Assembly: GCA_050018395.1 (NCBI GenBank)
Contig: JBEKAC010000008.1
Coordinates: forward strand, 27,414 to 91,413
DNA: 64,000 bases
Direction: 5' to 3'
Source of the DNA: Dehalococcoidales bacterium
Lineage (GTDB): Bacteria > Chloroflexota > Dehalococcoidia > Dehalococcoidales > RBG-16-60-22
The notes under the pieces were generated by a model. It was not told the DNA's origin. It saw only the letters and a program-made list of their open reading frames with translations, and did not search any database. This document shows positions 18,094 to 27,184 of the stretch, piece after piece. Numbering within the stretch: position 1 is the first letter of the stretch; every line of letters starts with the position of its first letter. The translations under genes were made by a program, and so were the position numbers.

Positions 18094-20475
18094 TTAGGGG
18101 CCGCCTCCTGTGGACGCCGTCACGGTGACCACTACCTGGATCACCACCGGCGTGGTCAGCGGCGTATTATCGTTGTTCACCAGTTCCACGAAGAAGGTGT
18201 GCGTGCCCGCCGCTACGTTCTGCCAGGTGTAGGAGGTCGCGGCCGTGGCGGCGTAAGTGCCCGCGGCGGTCGTGGCGGCCTGGGTCGGGTCGGTCGGCGG
18301 TACCACGTCCATGTAGTAGATGATATGGCCTTCGCCGCTGGCGATGGCCTGACCGATTTTATCCACCAGGTTGAAGTTGCTCACGCTGACACTGATGGTG
18401 ATGTCGCCGGGCTTTATGGATGCGCGGTTTTGCGGCGACGTGATCGTTATTTTCGGCGTCGGCGCCGTCACGGTAACGGTCACCTTAGCCACCACCGGCG
18501 GGTTAAGCGGCGTATGGTCGTTATTCACCAGCTCAACCGAGAAGGTATGCGTCCCCGGCGTGACGTTGCTGAAGGTATAGGTCGTATTGGCCGTGGCGGT
18601 ATAAACACCCGTGGACGTAACAGCCGGCTGGCCCTGGACGGTAGGGGCATCCACGTCCATGAAATAGTGCAGGTGCCCTTCGCCGGCCACGTTAGTATCG
18701 CCAAGCAGCGCGACCAGCTTGAAGTTAAGCGCCATCGCGGAAACGGTGATGTTCCCCGATTCGAGGCTGGTCCCGTCCAGCGGCGTCATCGCCAGGGCGG
18801 GAGAATTAGCGCCCAGTTTTAAGGCCAGCACTACCGAGAAAGGAGAACCGAGACCCACCGGCAGGAGCATGGTATCACCGGCGAAAGCCGGCCAGGCATT
18901 GACCCCGCCCGGCGCCTGGTAGCTCCACACCTGAGCGCCGGTGGTGCGGTTCAAGGCGTAGACCATACCGTCGAGGGTGGAAGTAAATACCAGGTCGTTG
19001 ACGACGGTCGCCCCGCCGACATCGAGGGAGTTGAAAGATTTATCCCAGAGGATTTTACCGGTATTCACGTCGAGGGCTACCAGTTCCCCGGTGCCCTGGT
19101 TAAAGGGTTGTGTGCCGGTCACGGCGCCCGGCGTTAAGTTGGCATACAGGTTGACGACCGGCACGTAAACAACGCCGCCGGCATAGGCCATGGGCGTCTC
19201 CACGCCGCCGAAGATGCCGGGATATACCTGGGCACCGGCAGCCGGGATGTTGACCAGCTGGTCGTTCTGGTGCATGCCCACGGGGGTCATCCAGAGAATG
19301 GCGCCGGTCTGGCGGTTGAAGGCCACCACTTTACCCAGCTTGCCGGCGCCGATGACGACGTCCTGCTGCTTGCCGCTGACGGTGGCGCTGGCGAGGATGG
19401 GCGATGCCTCGAAGTCGGCATCCGAATTATCGTGTTGATTAACCTGGGTAAACCAGGCGAGATTACCATTGGTGTCATTCAAGGCAACCAGAGAATCGGT
19501 ATAAAGGTTCGGGCCGGGCCGACTCGAGCCGTTGGGGTAGGTGGGGGTCCCCGGCCAGGGAGCCGGATTGCCGATACCCCAGAAAGACGTACCGGTACTG
19601 GTGTCTACAGCCGGGGGATACCAGGCCCCGCCGCCGCTGTTCACATCTTTGTTGCCCCAGATATCCGCGGAATCGACGGTATCAAAATTCCACATTATCT
19701 TGCCTGAAGTCTGGTCAAGAGCATAAATCGCCCCGAAGCCGCCGCCGGTATAGAAATCACCGCCGCCGGTGCCGGGTACAGTAGAGACCAGCACGAGGTT
19801 GCCGTAGACGTTCGGCTGGATATCGATGCCGCTGGTCGGCTGCTGGGATATCCGCGTGGACCATAGCTGCGCGCCGGTGTTCACATCCAGTGCTACGATG
19901 GTGTACGGGTCCGAGTTGCCGAAGATTTTACCCCATCCTACGGCGATACCGTTGGGCCCGATGTTCGATTCGTTAAAGAGGTGTTTCCACTTAATTTTGC
20001 CCGTCGCCAGATCGACGGCGAAGATGTTGTTGCCCAGGTCCTGGAAGTAGGCCGTGTTGCCCATGATAATGGGCGTGGTTGACGCCGAGCCGAAGGCGCC
20101 GACCCCGGGCAGCGGTACCGCCCAGGCGGCCCCGAGGGTATTCACGTTGGCCGCGTTAATCGTTGAATCAGTAGTGGCGCGGCTGTTGGTATAGTCGCGG
20201 TTTGGCAGCGGCCAGTCTTTCACGTACTGGCTTACCTCGGGGGGTATTGCCGGTGAGGTCACCGGCGGTGTAGTCGTGGGTGGCGTAGTGGTGGGTGGCG
20301 TTGTCGTGGGTGGCGTTGTTTTAGTTGGCGTAGTCGCAGGTGGACTGGTCGTAGGCGGGGTGGTGGTGGGGGGAGTGGTAGTGTTGGAACTCGATGTGCA
20401 GGACGTTACCAGCAGCATCACTACCATTAACAGGGATGCCAGAACGATGGTTGGCCGTCGCCAATCTTTGAACAT
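18094..20475 (-). CDS. PQQ-like beta-propeller lipoprotein with two C-terminal GEGH-repeat modules
   Basis: Lipobox VTSC and a Thr/Pro linker. Seven to eight blade signatures of the form (A/V)(L/V)D..TG...W (FAVDLATGKIKW, VALDVNTGAQLW, YALDQTSGKIMW, ...). Two C-terminal modules carry GEGHLHYFMDV and GEGHIIYYMDV. Confidence 0.75.
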   Translation of the reverse strand: MFKDWRRPTIVLASLLMVVMLLVTSCTSSSNTTTPPTTTPPTTSPPATTPTKTTPPTTTPPTTTPPTTTPPVTSPAIPPEVSQYVKDWPLPNRDYTNSRATTDSTINAANVNTLGAAWAVPLPGVGAFGSASTTPIIMGNTAYFQDLGNNIFAVDLATGKIKWKHLFNESNIGPNGIAVGWGKIFGNSDPYTIVALDVNTGAQLWSTRISQQPTSGIDIQPNVYGNLVLVSTVPGTGGGDFYTGGGFGAIYALDQTSGKIMWNFDTVDSADIWGNKDVNSGGGAWYPPAVDTSTGTSFWGIGNPAPWPGTPTYPNGSSRPGPNLYTDSLVALNDTNGNLAWFTQVNQHDNSDADFEASPILASATVSGKQQDVVIGAGKLGKVVAFNRQTGAILWMTPVGMHQNDQLVNIPAAGAQVYPGIFGGVETPMAYAGGVVYVPVVNLYANLTPGAVTGTQPFNQGTGELVALDVNTGKILWDKSFNSLDVGGATVVNDLVFTSTLDGMVYALNRTTGAQVWSYQAPGGVNAWPAFAGDTMLLPVGLGSPFSVVLALKLGANSPALAMTPLDGTSLESGNITVSAMALNFKLVALLGDTNVAGEGHLHYFMDVDAPTVQGQPAVTSTGVYTATANTTYTFSNVTPGTHTFSVELVNNDHTPLNPPVVAKVTVTVTAPTPKITITSPQNRASIKPGDITISVSVSNFNLVDKIGQAIASGEGHIIYYMDVVPPTDPTQAATTAAGTYAATAATSYTWQNVAAGTHTFFVELVNNDNTPLTTPVVIQVVVTVTASTGGGP

Positions 20476-20526
20476 TTAGACCTCCTCATCCGTTTTGTAT
20501 TTGCCGCGATATCCTTACCGCGACAA

Positions 20527-20587
20527 AAATTACTAATCTCTTTTAAATAATGTCAAACGCATAATGGAAAAATCATAAAATTGCCGC
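20527..20587 (-). promoter_or_regulatory. promoter plus shared upstream motif (copy 2) of the PQQ/cox operon
   Basis: On the minus strand: GCGGCAATTTTATGATTTTTCCA (20587-20565), 8 nt, TTGACA (20556-20551), 18 nt, TAATTT (20532-20527). The start codon is at 20475. Confidence 0.45.
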
Positions 20588-20683
20588 CAAAGAAATTACA
20601 AAACTATGACGTTTCCCGGGCCGGGAGGAGAAACGATGATATTGCGCGCAGTGCAAATAAGGAAAGTAAAGTAAAGAATTAAG

Positions 20684-20756
20684 TACCCCTGCCGGGACTC
20701 GAACCCGGGCACGCGGTTTAGGAAACCGCTGCTCTATCCGCCTGAGCTACAGGGGC
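20684..20756 (-). tRNA. tRNA-Arg (anticodon CCT)
   Basis: GCCCCTGTAGCTCAGGCGGATAGAGCAGCGGTTTCCTAAACCGCGTGCCCGGGTTCGAGTCCCGGCAGGGGTA. It folds as a cloverleaf: 7-bp acceptor stem (G1-U72), D stem GCTC/GAGC, anticodon stem GCGGT/ACCGC with loop TTCCTAA, T stem CCGGG/CCCGG with loop TTCGAGT. CCA is not encoded. Confidence 0.9.
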
Positions 20757-20818
20757 TTGTTCTATTTTGAAGCTAAAACAACGACATTAAGCCGTGACAT
20801 AGAGGTGTAAAATAGATA

Positions 20819-20841
20819 TTGCTAATAATTTGCTAATAGAC
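20819..20841 (+). promoter_or_regulatory. paired heptamer TGCTAAT-N4-TGCTAAT (site 2)
   Basis: TTGCTAATAATTTGCTAATAGAC. It spans the stop codon of the integrase remnant, lies 62 nt from the tRNA 5' end, and is 22/23 identical to 42007-42029. Confidence 0.5.
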
Positions 20842-21075
20842 CTTTTCATTTGCATCGTTTTCATGCCTTGCCATATCAGCCATTCTATTATACTTGGGAC
20901 TAAATGCTTCGTCAAAATGACGGGCTGACGCCTCTTGAAGTCCAGGAGCAACATGGCTGTAGAGGTCGAGCGTTGTAGAGATGGTGGCATGGCCTAGCCT
21001 TTCCTGAACTATTTTAGGGTGTATACCTTGCTTTAGCATAACAGAAGCGTGAGTATACTTGACCTTCCCCCATCT
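20833..21075 (-). pseudogene. tyrosine recombinase (phage-type integrase), C-terminal fragment only
   Basis: ...KYTHASVMLKQGIHPKIVQERLGHATISTTLDLYSHV... is the box II / catalytic Tyr region. The frame opens only about 12 codons upstream of the listed Met, directly after the IS remnant. Confidence 0.7.
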
Positions 21076-21091
21076 TTAGTATCACCATAGA

Positions 21092-21900
21092 CTAGAATCC
21101 AGTCGCTGCTTCAGCATACTCCTTTGGTGTAGATCCTTTCAATGAACTGTTTGGTCTGACCTCGTTATAATCCCTTCGCCATTCTTTTGCAAAGAGTCAT
21201 CAATTTGTACACGCGCGAGCTGGTGGTCTCTTCTGCGGTTAGCCTTGCGAACCCAGGGTATTCATCTGTTTGGTTACTCTTGCTTTTAATCGAGCCTGAC
21301 GTCCTTTAGCAGTCCGCTGTAGCAAACTGTTGGCAACAGACTTGGTTTACTAGAAGTCGTCCCATCCGTAGTCGGCACACTACCGAATCCCTTCCCAGAG
21401 ATATTGCTTTAAGATAAGATGGTCACGACCGTAAAAACAGATGAAGCGAGCGCCATCTGGCAGTCACATCTGCCGCAACGCCTCACATCCCTATCGTTTC
21501 TTTATCAGTAAAAGAAAGATGAGACCAGCTGTTTGATAGCAGCCTGTGGGCATTCCTATCGCCTCCGTGAAATACCAGAGTAATGATGTGGTATTTTCTG
21601 CCAAGTAGAGAACTTTGCTTTGTTCACAGAACTGGTGAGACAGTAGATGTACAATGTGCGTTGCCACATTCTCTTGAGTTGCTGGTTACTGACGAATGGT
21701 GCCGTGTAGAAAATATCGCAAGCGCGCTGGTTGTCCAGACCGGCATCGCGGCGACATAGATACATCTCGGTGTTGGCCGTAAAATGACCGGTCTTCTCTC
21801 TGATAAGTTGCCCGAGGTGTGTTAACCACGGTCGTAGGGCGCGGATGAGAAGTACCTCCGGTAGGCCGAGCGCACTAACGACAACTCCTTAACTATTTGT
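21092..21900 (-). mobile_element. decayed IS3-family element (transposase OrfB remnants with stops and frameshifts)
   Basis: The minus strand reads AKEWRRDYNEVRPNSSLKGSTPKEYAEAATGF* (21190-21092). Upstream, in shifted frames, it reads ...KSNQTDEYPGFARLTAEE... and ...TTDGTTSSK.... These resemble the P-QNG-ESFN-RLR and DNG-EF-SK blocks of DDE (rve) transposases. There is no intact ORF. The left limit is firm and the right limit approximate. Confidence 0.45.
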
Positions 21901-22030
21901 AGTAGGGCCGGCATCCCCCCTAAGCGCACATCATAAGTTTATCGGCGGATAAAGAGCCCAAATCGACGCATACTATTTTTACCATAGCCTGTCTTGAAAC
22001 TACCCACGTTATCTTCCACTGCGCTATTCC

Positions 22031-23281
22031 TTAAATTTCAAGCGGTGCTACGGATGAAGGTAGCTTATTGATACAAAGGTAGTGATACGGAGTGCCCCAT
22101 AGATTTCTTACGTGTTTCGTCCTGTGATAGGTGGAAATCAAATCTTGCAACTGGGATGATCTTGCTGCCTGAAACAAACCCTTCATCTCAATATTAAAAC
22201 GCCGCACTCTTGAATCCCGGCTTTTCCCCAGGTAGTCATCAAGCGCAGAGGGGTAAGATACCGGGTTTATGGAACGGCCGGCGGCTGTTGTATATTCTGA
22301 AATCTGCGCTATCACCTCGGCTATTGCCGCAACGACTTCATTAGTTGCCGGTTCACCTTCTGCGCTTGATACAGGAAATCCTGTCAAGAAGAAGGGAAAA
22401 GACCTGGACCACTCTTTCAGGAGTTGACCATGGCGGCTCCTTGTGTCAAAAACATTTTTATACCAGTTATAGTGTTCGCTCAAGTTCCACATGGGTGAGG
22501 AAGAATAGAATTCACAGCCTGCCTTTTCTACTAATGAGAGCAGTTCTGGGTAACTCCAGAGATATGCCGAAACTAATAGCGGATTGACAAGCACATCCTT
22601 CCACCATGCATAGAAAGGCCGGGAGGCATTCAACTTCGCGAAATCCTCCCCGAACAGTTGCTGGGCGAGATGCAAAGAAGCTTCGCTGTGGACATCATTG
22701 ATTCCCGCCAGTTGACAGGCCCGCCATAGCAGCAGCCTCTTCGTCAGTTCAAGGAGACAGCCGTACCGGTCGTTAAATGAAATTACAGCCAGGCCTCCCG
22801 GTATCAAAAGTTTACAGATTTTTTTAAACATCTCATCACGGTTGGGCAGCGTATATAAAAATCCCTCGGCAAGTACGATGTCATAAAGCCTGGTAGACTT
22901 AAAGCTGTCAATACTTTCAGATGACAACTCCACAATACGCCCCTCAAGCTTGAACTCCTTAAACCGCATCTTCAATTGTGGCAAAACCTGATCATTCGGT
23001 TCCACCAGGGTGAGGTTGGCGCCAAAAGACGCAAGGACCAGGGAGTTTTCGCCGGAGTTGCAACCGAATTCCAGCACTGAGCGGTCACGTAGCATTGCGA
23101 GCGGAATTCCCAAGTGCCTCTGGTATAGATTAAGGCGCTTTGCGCGGTGAGATTCCCAGGCCGCCTGGTTCTCCAGTGCGATAGGTACCGGGTTGAACCT
23201 GTTCTGCTGGTAATAGTCTAAAAGCGATCCCGGCAAGGCCGCCGGATTCTGTTTCGCCTGTTTTTTATTGGTTTGAGCCAA
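22031..23281 (-). CDS. class I SAM-dependent methyltransferase with a C-terminal domain of unknown function
   Basis: Motif I VLEFGCNSGENS. TTG start with AGGAGG 6 nt upstream. Last gene of the glycan operon. Confidence 0.7.
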   Translation of the reverse strand: MAQTNKKQAKQNPAALPGSLLDYYQQNRFNPVPIALENQAAWESHRAKRLNLYQRHLGIPLAMLRDRSVLEFGCNSGENSLVLASFGANLTLVEPNDQVLPQLKMRFKEFKLEGRIVELSSESIDSFKSTRLYDIVLAEGFLYTLPNRDEMFKKICKLLIPGGLAVISFNDRYGCLLELTKRLLLWRACQLAGINDVHSEASLHLAQQLFGEDFAKLNASRPFYAWWKDVLVNPLLVSAYLWSYPELLSLVEKAGCEFYSSSPMWNLSEHYNWYKNVFDTRSRHGQLLKEWSRSFPFFLTGFPVSSAEGEPATNEVVAAIAEVIAQISEYTTAAGRSINPVSYPSALDDYLGKSRDSRVRRFNIEMKGLFQAARSSQLQDLISTYHRTKHVRNLWGTPYHYLCINKLPSSVAPLEI

Positions 23282-23385
23282 ATCATGCCTCCTTTTTTAG
23301 CCCGGAACTGCCGTACTACTGTTTATTGGAAGAACGGCGGCGGTAAATAGCATTTAAAACGGTACTTACTTTCTTCCATGCGTGC

Positions 23386-24474
23386 TTATATACTTTTAGC
23401 TATTCCTGGCGTCAGGGCTAAGTATACATGGCTGCCGTTGGGGACGTTTTGAGGAAGATAGATAGGTATTCCCATATGGTTCTTGCCGGCCCGCTGTACG
23501 TCCTCGTCTACGAAGAAACGCACTGATTCCCTTAATTCTTGAAAAAGCCAGGTGGCGCCGATAGCTGTGCCGAACAGGCCGAATTCACCGTTTTTTGCTG
23601 TAGCCCGCGCTGTCTCCACGACTGATTTGAGCCACTGTAAACACTTCATCGCAGACTCGAACGAGGAAAATGCCGTATCTGTTCTGCCCCGATATTGACC
23701 TTTAGCCTTAAGCGCTACAATTGTCAGCTCTTTTGGTACCCAGTCGGTAGCTGTGAGTACTACTTCGTATCCTGTGCTTCGGAGCAATTCTATTACCGTT
23801 GCCGCAGAAAAATGCGTGCAATGGTCGGTGATTAACAGATCGAACGGATTCTGGAGAAATTCAGGCACCTCCACCACGAGCAGTCCGCCGTCCGTTAGTT
23901 TATTTCGCAGGCTATTGAGAAGCCTCTTTGGCGTGATGATATGCTCCAGTACGTGAATCATTGTAATGAGATCATAGGTGCCTGGAATCTGGGCCGGCGG
24001 AATGGTAAAAAAGGCTTCAACGTGGTCGATACCCTCAACTACGGAACGGGATTTATCATCCAGCTCGGTCCGGGCAAGTGACCAGCGCGGCGCGATGCGG
24101 CCGAAAGCACGAAGCAGGGCGCCGTTACCCCATCCTATATCCAGCAGCCGTCCTGTTTCCGGCCAAGGCGTATGGGATGCCAGGCACTTAAGCAGACGTT
24201 CGGAGCGGGCGGAAGGCGCCCCGGAAACCACATCAAAAACGGGCTGCTCGGCTCCGGCACTCTGGTGATATATAGTATAGTCCCGGTAAATTTTATCAGT
24301 ATCGGACTGCCATGCGGAGTCGATGACTTTCTGCACGCCGCCGCAGGCGGGGCATACGCCGAGACGCCCGCCTTTGCGCCATGGTTTACAGTCTGAAGTT
24401 ACGCCGTGAAATGATTCATAGCCGGGTAATGCTTCAACCGCTGATTCGCCACACAAATGGCAGATGATATCCAG
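23386..24474 (-). CDS. SAM-dependent methyltransferase with an N-terminal zinc ribbon (sugar C-/O-methyltransferase-like)
   Basis: Motif I LLDIGWGNGALL and CxxC...CxxC (CHLCG ... CPACGG). The tracked ORF starts at the TTG at 24456. A CTG at 24474-24472 sits 6 nt after AAGGAGG and would include the first Cys, so the start is uncertain. Confidence 0.7.
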   Translation of the reverse strand: MDIICHLCGESAVEALPGYESFHGVTSDCKPWRKGGRLGVCPACGGVQKVIDSAWQSDTDKIYRDYTIYHQSAGAEQPVFDVVSGAPSARSERLLKCLASHTPWPETGRLLDIGWGNGALLRAFGRIAPRWSLARTELDDKSRSVVEGIDHVEAFFTIPPAQIPGTYDLITMIHVLEHIITPKRLLNSLRNKLTDGGLLVVEVPEFLQNPFDLLITDHCTHFSAATVIELLRSTGYEVVLTATDWVPKELTIVALKAKGQYRGRTDTAFSSFESAMKCLQWLKSVVETARATAKNGEFGLFGTAIGATWLFQELRESVRFFVDEDVQRAGKNHMGIPIYLPQNVPNGSHVYLALTPGIAKSI

Positions 24475-24507
24475 AGACGGCCTCCTTAGATTCTGTTTTC
24501 TCTGGCT

Positions 24508-25371
24508 CTATAAGCTGAATACCGTGTCAATTGTCAACCAAACATCCGGCGGCTTAATGCCGAACTCCTTGCGTAAACGGGTTGTATCCAGGGTAGTGTG
24601 CCGCGGTACGGTTTCAAGCTGGACACCTCCATTCTTTGACTCTATTGGTTGGACCAGGTCCGGGCTGGCGCCGATACGGTGGGCAATATGACGCGCCACC
24701 TCCGCGTAAGTGACGTCTTTATCGCCGGATACCTGGAAAATCCCCGGTGAACGCGCTTTGGCAATATGGTGAAGGACTTCGACCGAGAAAGAGACAGGTA
24801 TAGGCGCTATTACCATATCCGAGTAAGGATGAATAACTTCATGGTTCCGGAGTTTCTTGAGCCAGTCTTTGGCTAGAGCCATATTAGGGTCAAGGACCTT
24901 GGTAAATCGCACGACCGAAGCCGGATTACCCAGGGTAAGCAGTTGTCTTTCAGCTTCTGCTTTTTGCCGGCCGTATTCCGTCACGGGACACACCGCGTCA
25001 TCGGCCTTGCGCCGGGGAACGGAACCATCATAAACCAGGTTGGTAGAGAGAAAAATAACGAAAGCGCCGGTCTGGGCGAGCTTCTTTGTTAGGGCAACAG
25101 TCTGGTGCACATTTACTCTGGCGGTGGCTGCCGGCTCTTTCCGGCATTTCTCGAGGGAAGTCACCGAAGCACAAAGATAGGCGACTGAAATATGGTCCGG
25201 CGGCTGCCAGTTTGCAGTGTCCTCATTAAGATCAAGGAAGACCCTGTTTTTTGACATAGCGTCAATCCTGCGAGTTGTTTCCACGATGGACTCTCCACCG
25301 CTCATCAGGTAATCGGCAAGGGCCCGGCCGATTAACCCATCAGCACCGACGATAAGTGATACGCCTTTCAT
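24508..25371 (-). CDS. RmlD-like NAD(P)-dependent sugar-nucleotide reductase (SDR fold)
   Basis: N-terminal Rossmann motif VGADGLIGRAL. About 290 aa, the size of the dTDP-4-dehydrorhamnose reductase family. Confidence 0.6.
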   Translation of the reverse strand: MKGVSLIVGADGLIGRALADYLMSGGESIVETTRRIDAMSKNRVFLDLNEDTANWQPPDHISVAYLCASVTSLEKCRKEPAATARVNVHQTVALTKKLAQTGAFVIFLSTNLVYDGSVPRRKADDAVCPVTEYGRQKAEAERQLLTLGNPASVVRFTKVLDPNMALAKDWLKKLRNHEVIHPYSDMVIAPIPVSFSVEVLHHIAKARSPGIFQVSGDKDVTYAEVARHIAHRIGASPDLVQPIESKNGGVQLETVPRHTTLDTTRLRKEFGIKPPDVWLTIDTVFSL

Positions 25372-26075
25372 TATTTACTTTTTGGGGCACGGTCGCCATG
25401 CTTCTTGGAGGAACACAGCGCCATATAATATTGGGCCATCGGGTAAAAACCGGTATGCACTACCTCATCATTCATAGAGAAGAGAAAAACGTTGTGGAAA
25501 TAGCGCAGCATCAGGTCTTTTAGTTCTTGATGGTTTTTACAGTTGACATGCCCTTCCTTACTGGGTGGGGAGGCATATGCTTGAGACTGGATGGATGGCG
25601 TGCCGATTATCAGGGTGCCGCTGTCAGTCAGCGAGTCGGTAATATTAGATATAAAGAGTTCCTCATGCTCCTGTGGGATGTGTTCCAGGACATCCATGGC
25701 GTAGGCGCCGTCAAACCCGCCTTTTACCGGACCCTCAAGCATGTCGTGGACCTTGCAGTCGAACTCCCAGCGCTTTTCCATGCGGTCAAGTACGTCTTTA
25801 ACAAAAACAGAATCAAAGTCCACGGCGGTTACTTTACCCACCTCCTGAAGGACAATACGCGTGCCGAACGCGTCTCCGCAACCGACCTCTAATACGTTTT
25901 GCTTCCCGCTTAACATCTTGGCGACGAATTTGTAGCGGGAGAGTATAAAAACCAGGCGTTTTGGGTCGTCGTGCCAGACCTGGTTGGTAGTTAATCCCAG
26001 CCGTGTCAGTCCCTTGGTGTTACGCAGATTGACGACGATTTGATACTGCGGCTCTCTGGTCTTTTCTTCATCCAT
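25371..26075 (-). CDS. class I SAM-dependent methyltransferase
   Basis: Motif I VLEVGCGDAFGTRI and post-I VTAVDFD. Confidence 0.75.
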   Translation of the reverse strand: MDEEKTREPQYQIVVNLRNTKGLTRLGLTTNQVWHDDPKRLVFILSRYKFVAKMLSGKQNVLEVGCGDAFGTRIVLQEVGKVTAVDFDSVFVKDVLDRMEKRWEFDCKVHDMLEGPVKGGFDGAYAMDVLEHIPQEHEELFISNITDSLTDSGTLIIGTPSIQSQAYASPPSKEGHVNCKNHQELKDLMLRYFHNVFLFSMNDEVVHTGFYPMAQYYMALCSSKKHGDRAPKSK

Positions 26076-27144
26076 GTTTTTTAGCCCCTGTCCGGGAAGG
26101 TTCCGTACCCATTGAAATTATACACCGCCCGGCCTTACCGCTTTTGACCGTCTCGATAGCCTGGTTTATCTGCTCCAGGGTGAATTCGTGCGTAATCAAT
26201 CCGTCCAGTTTCAGTTTTCCTGCGCGGTAGAGCCGGATATAGCGGGGGATATCGATATGAGGGCGGGCGCCGCCGCCGTGAGAGCCCTTCAAGACTTTAT
26301 CGAAATGCAGCGGCAGCGAATATATCGAGATATTATCCCCCTTCTTCGGCACACCAACGAGGATGGTCTTACCGTCCGGGTGTGTCAACTCATAGGCCAA
26401 CTCTATTACCCTGGCGCTACCCGTGGTATCGAATACCACATCAGCGCCGGCCTGACCGACAATCCCGCGTATTTTCCCGGCAAGGTCGGAGGCAGTCTTT
26501 GAGTTGAAACAATATGTAGCCCCGAAGAGCTTGGCCATCTTGACTTTGGCTTCGTTAATATCAATGCCGATGATGGGGTAAGCCGAGACCATCTCCGCCG
26601 CCTGAACGATATTAAGGCCGACACCACCCACGCCGAAGACCACCACAGATTGCCCGATGTTCACATGTGCGTCATTGTTGATAGTACCCATCGCGGTGGT
26701 CACCGCACAACCGAACAGCGTGGCCAGCTTCATATCAAAATCCTCGGGTATGGTTGTAAGTCGGTTCTCGGAAACCACGGCATAATCATTGAAAGTGGTC
26801 ACCCACCCGGCGTTAACTTTCCGTCCGTCCCAGAGGTAGGTGGGAGTATCAGACTGCAAACCATTACTTGGTCGCCAGTGCATGACCACAGTGTCGCCCT
26901 TCTTCACTGTCTTTACGCCCGGGCCGATATCCATAACAACGCCGGACCCCTCATGGCCCAGCAGGTGCGGCAGAAACTTGTCCGGACCTTTAGCGCCCTG
27001 TATCTCGTTAATCTGCGCGCCGCAGATGCCGCTATATTCAACTTTAACCAGCACCTGACCGAAGGATAATTTTTCCGGCAACTCAAGGTCTGCCACCACC
27101 AGCGGCTGGTTTTGCTCCACCAGGATAGCTGCTTTCATGGTCAC
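26068..27144 (-). CDS. zinc-binding medium-chain alcohol/polyol dehydrogenase
   Basis: GICGAQINE...GHEGSGVV zinc site and the GVGGVGL Rossmann motif. Confidence 0.8.
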   Translation of the reverse strand: MTMKAAILVEQNQPLVVADLELPEKLSFGQVLVKVEYSGICGAQINEIQGAKGPDKFLPHLLGHEGSGVVMDIGPGVKTVKKGDTVVMHWRPSNGLQSDTPTYLWDGRKVNAGWVTTFNDYAVVSENRLTTIPEDFDMKLATLFGCAVTTAMGTINNDAHVNIGQSVVVFGVGGVGLNIVQAAEMVSAYPIIGIDINEAKVKMAKLFGATYCFNSKTASDLAGKIRGIVGQAGADVVFDTTGSARVIELAYELTHPDGKTILVGVPKKGDNISIYSLPLHFDKVLKGSHGGGARPHIDIPRYIRLYRAGKLKLDGLITHEFTLEQINQAIETVKSGKAGRCIISMGTEPSRTGAKKHG

Positions 27145-27184
27145 TCTCCATCCAGGCTTTACGGTTAAAACCCTGGATTACTAT

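Noticed and set aside
17740-18822. 360-aa plus-strand ORF spanning two lipoprotein genes
   Set aside because: It is antisense to two genes with clear domain structure, crosses their intergenic gap, and is Gly/Arg/Val repeat noise that mirrors the Thr/Pro linkers.
21556-21765. 69-aa ORF in the debris region
   Set aside because: It has no RBS and no recognisable domain. It lies within decayed IS-like sequence full of stops in the neighbouring frames and is probably a chance ORF.
21835-21880. GTGCG... preceded by AAGGAG, considered as the 5' end of a group II intron
   Set aside because: Only the 5-nt GUGCG word matches. I could not find a domain V-like hairpin or a reverse-transcriptase ORF downstream. 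The region is better explained as the upstream part of the decayed IS.
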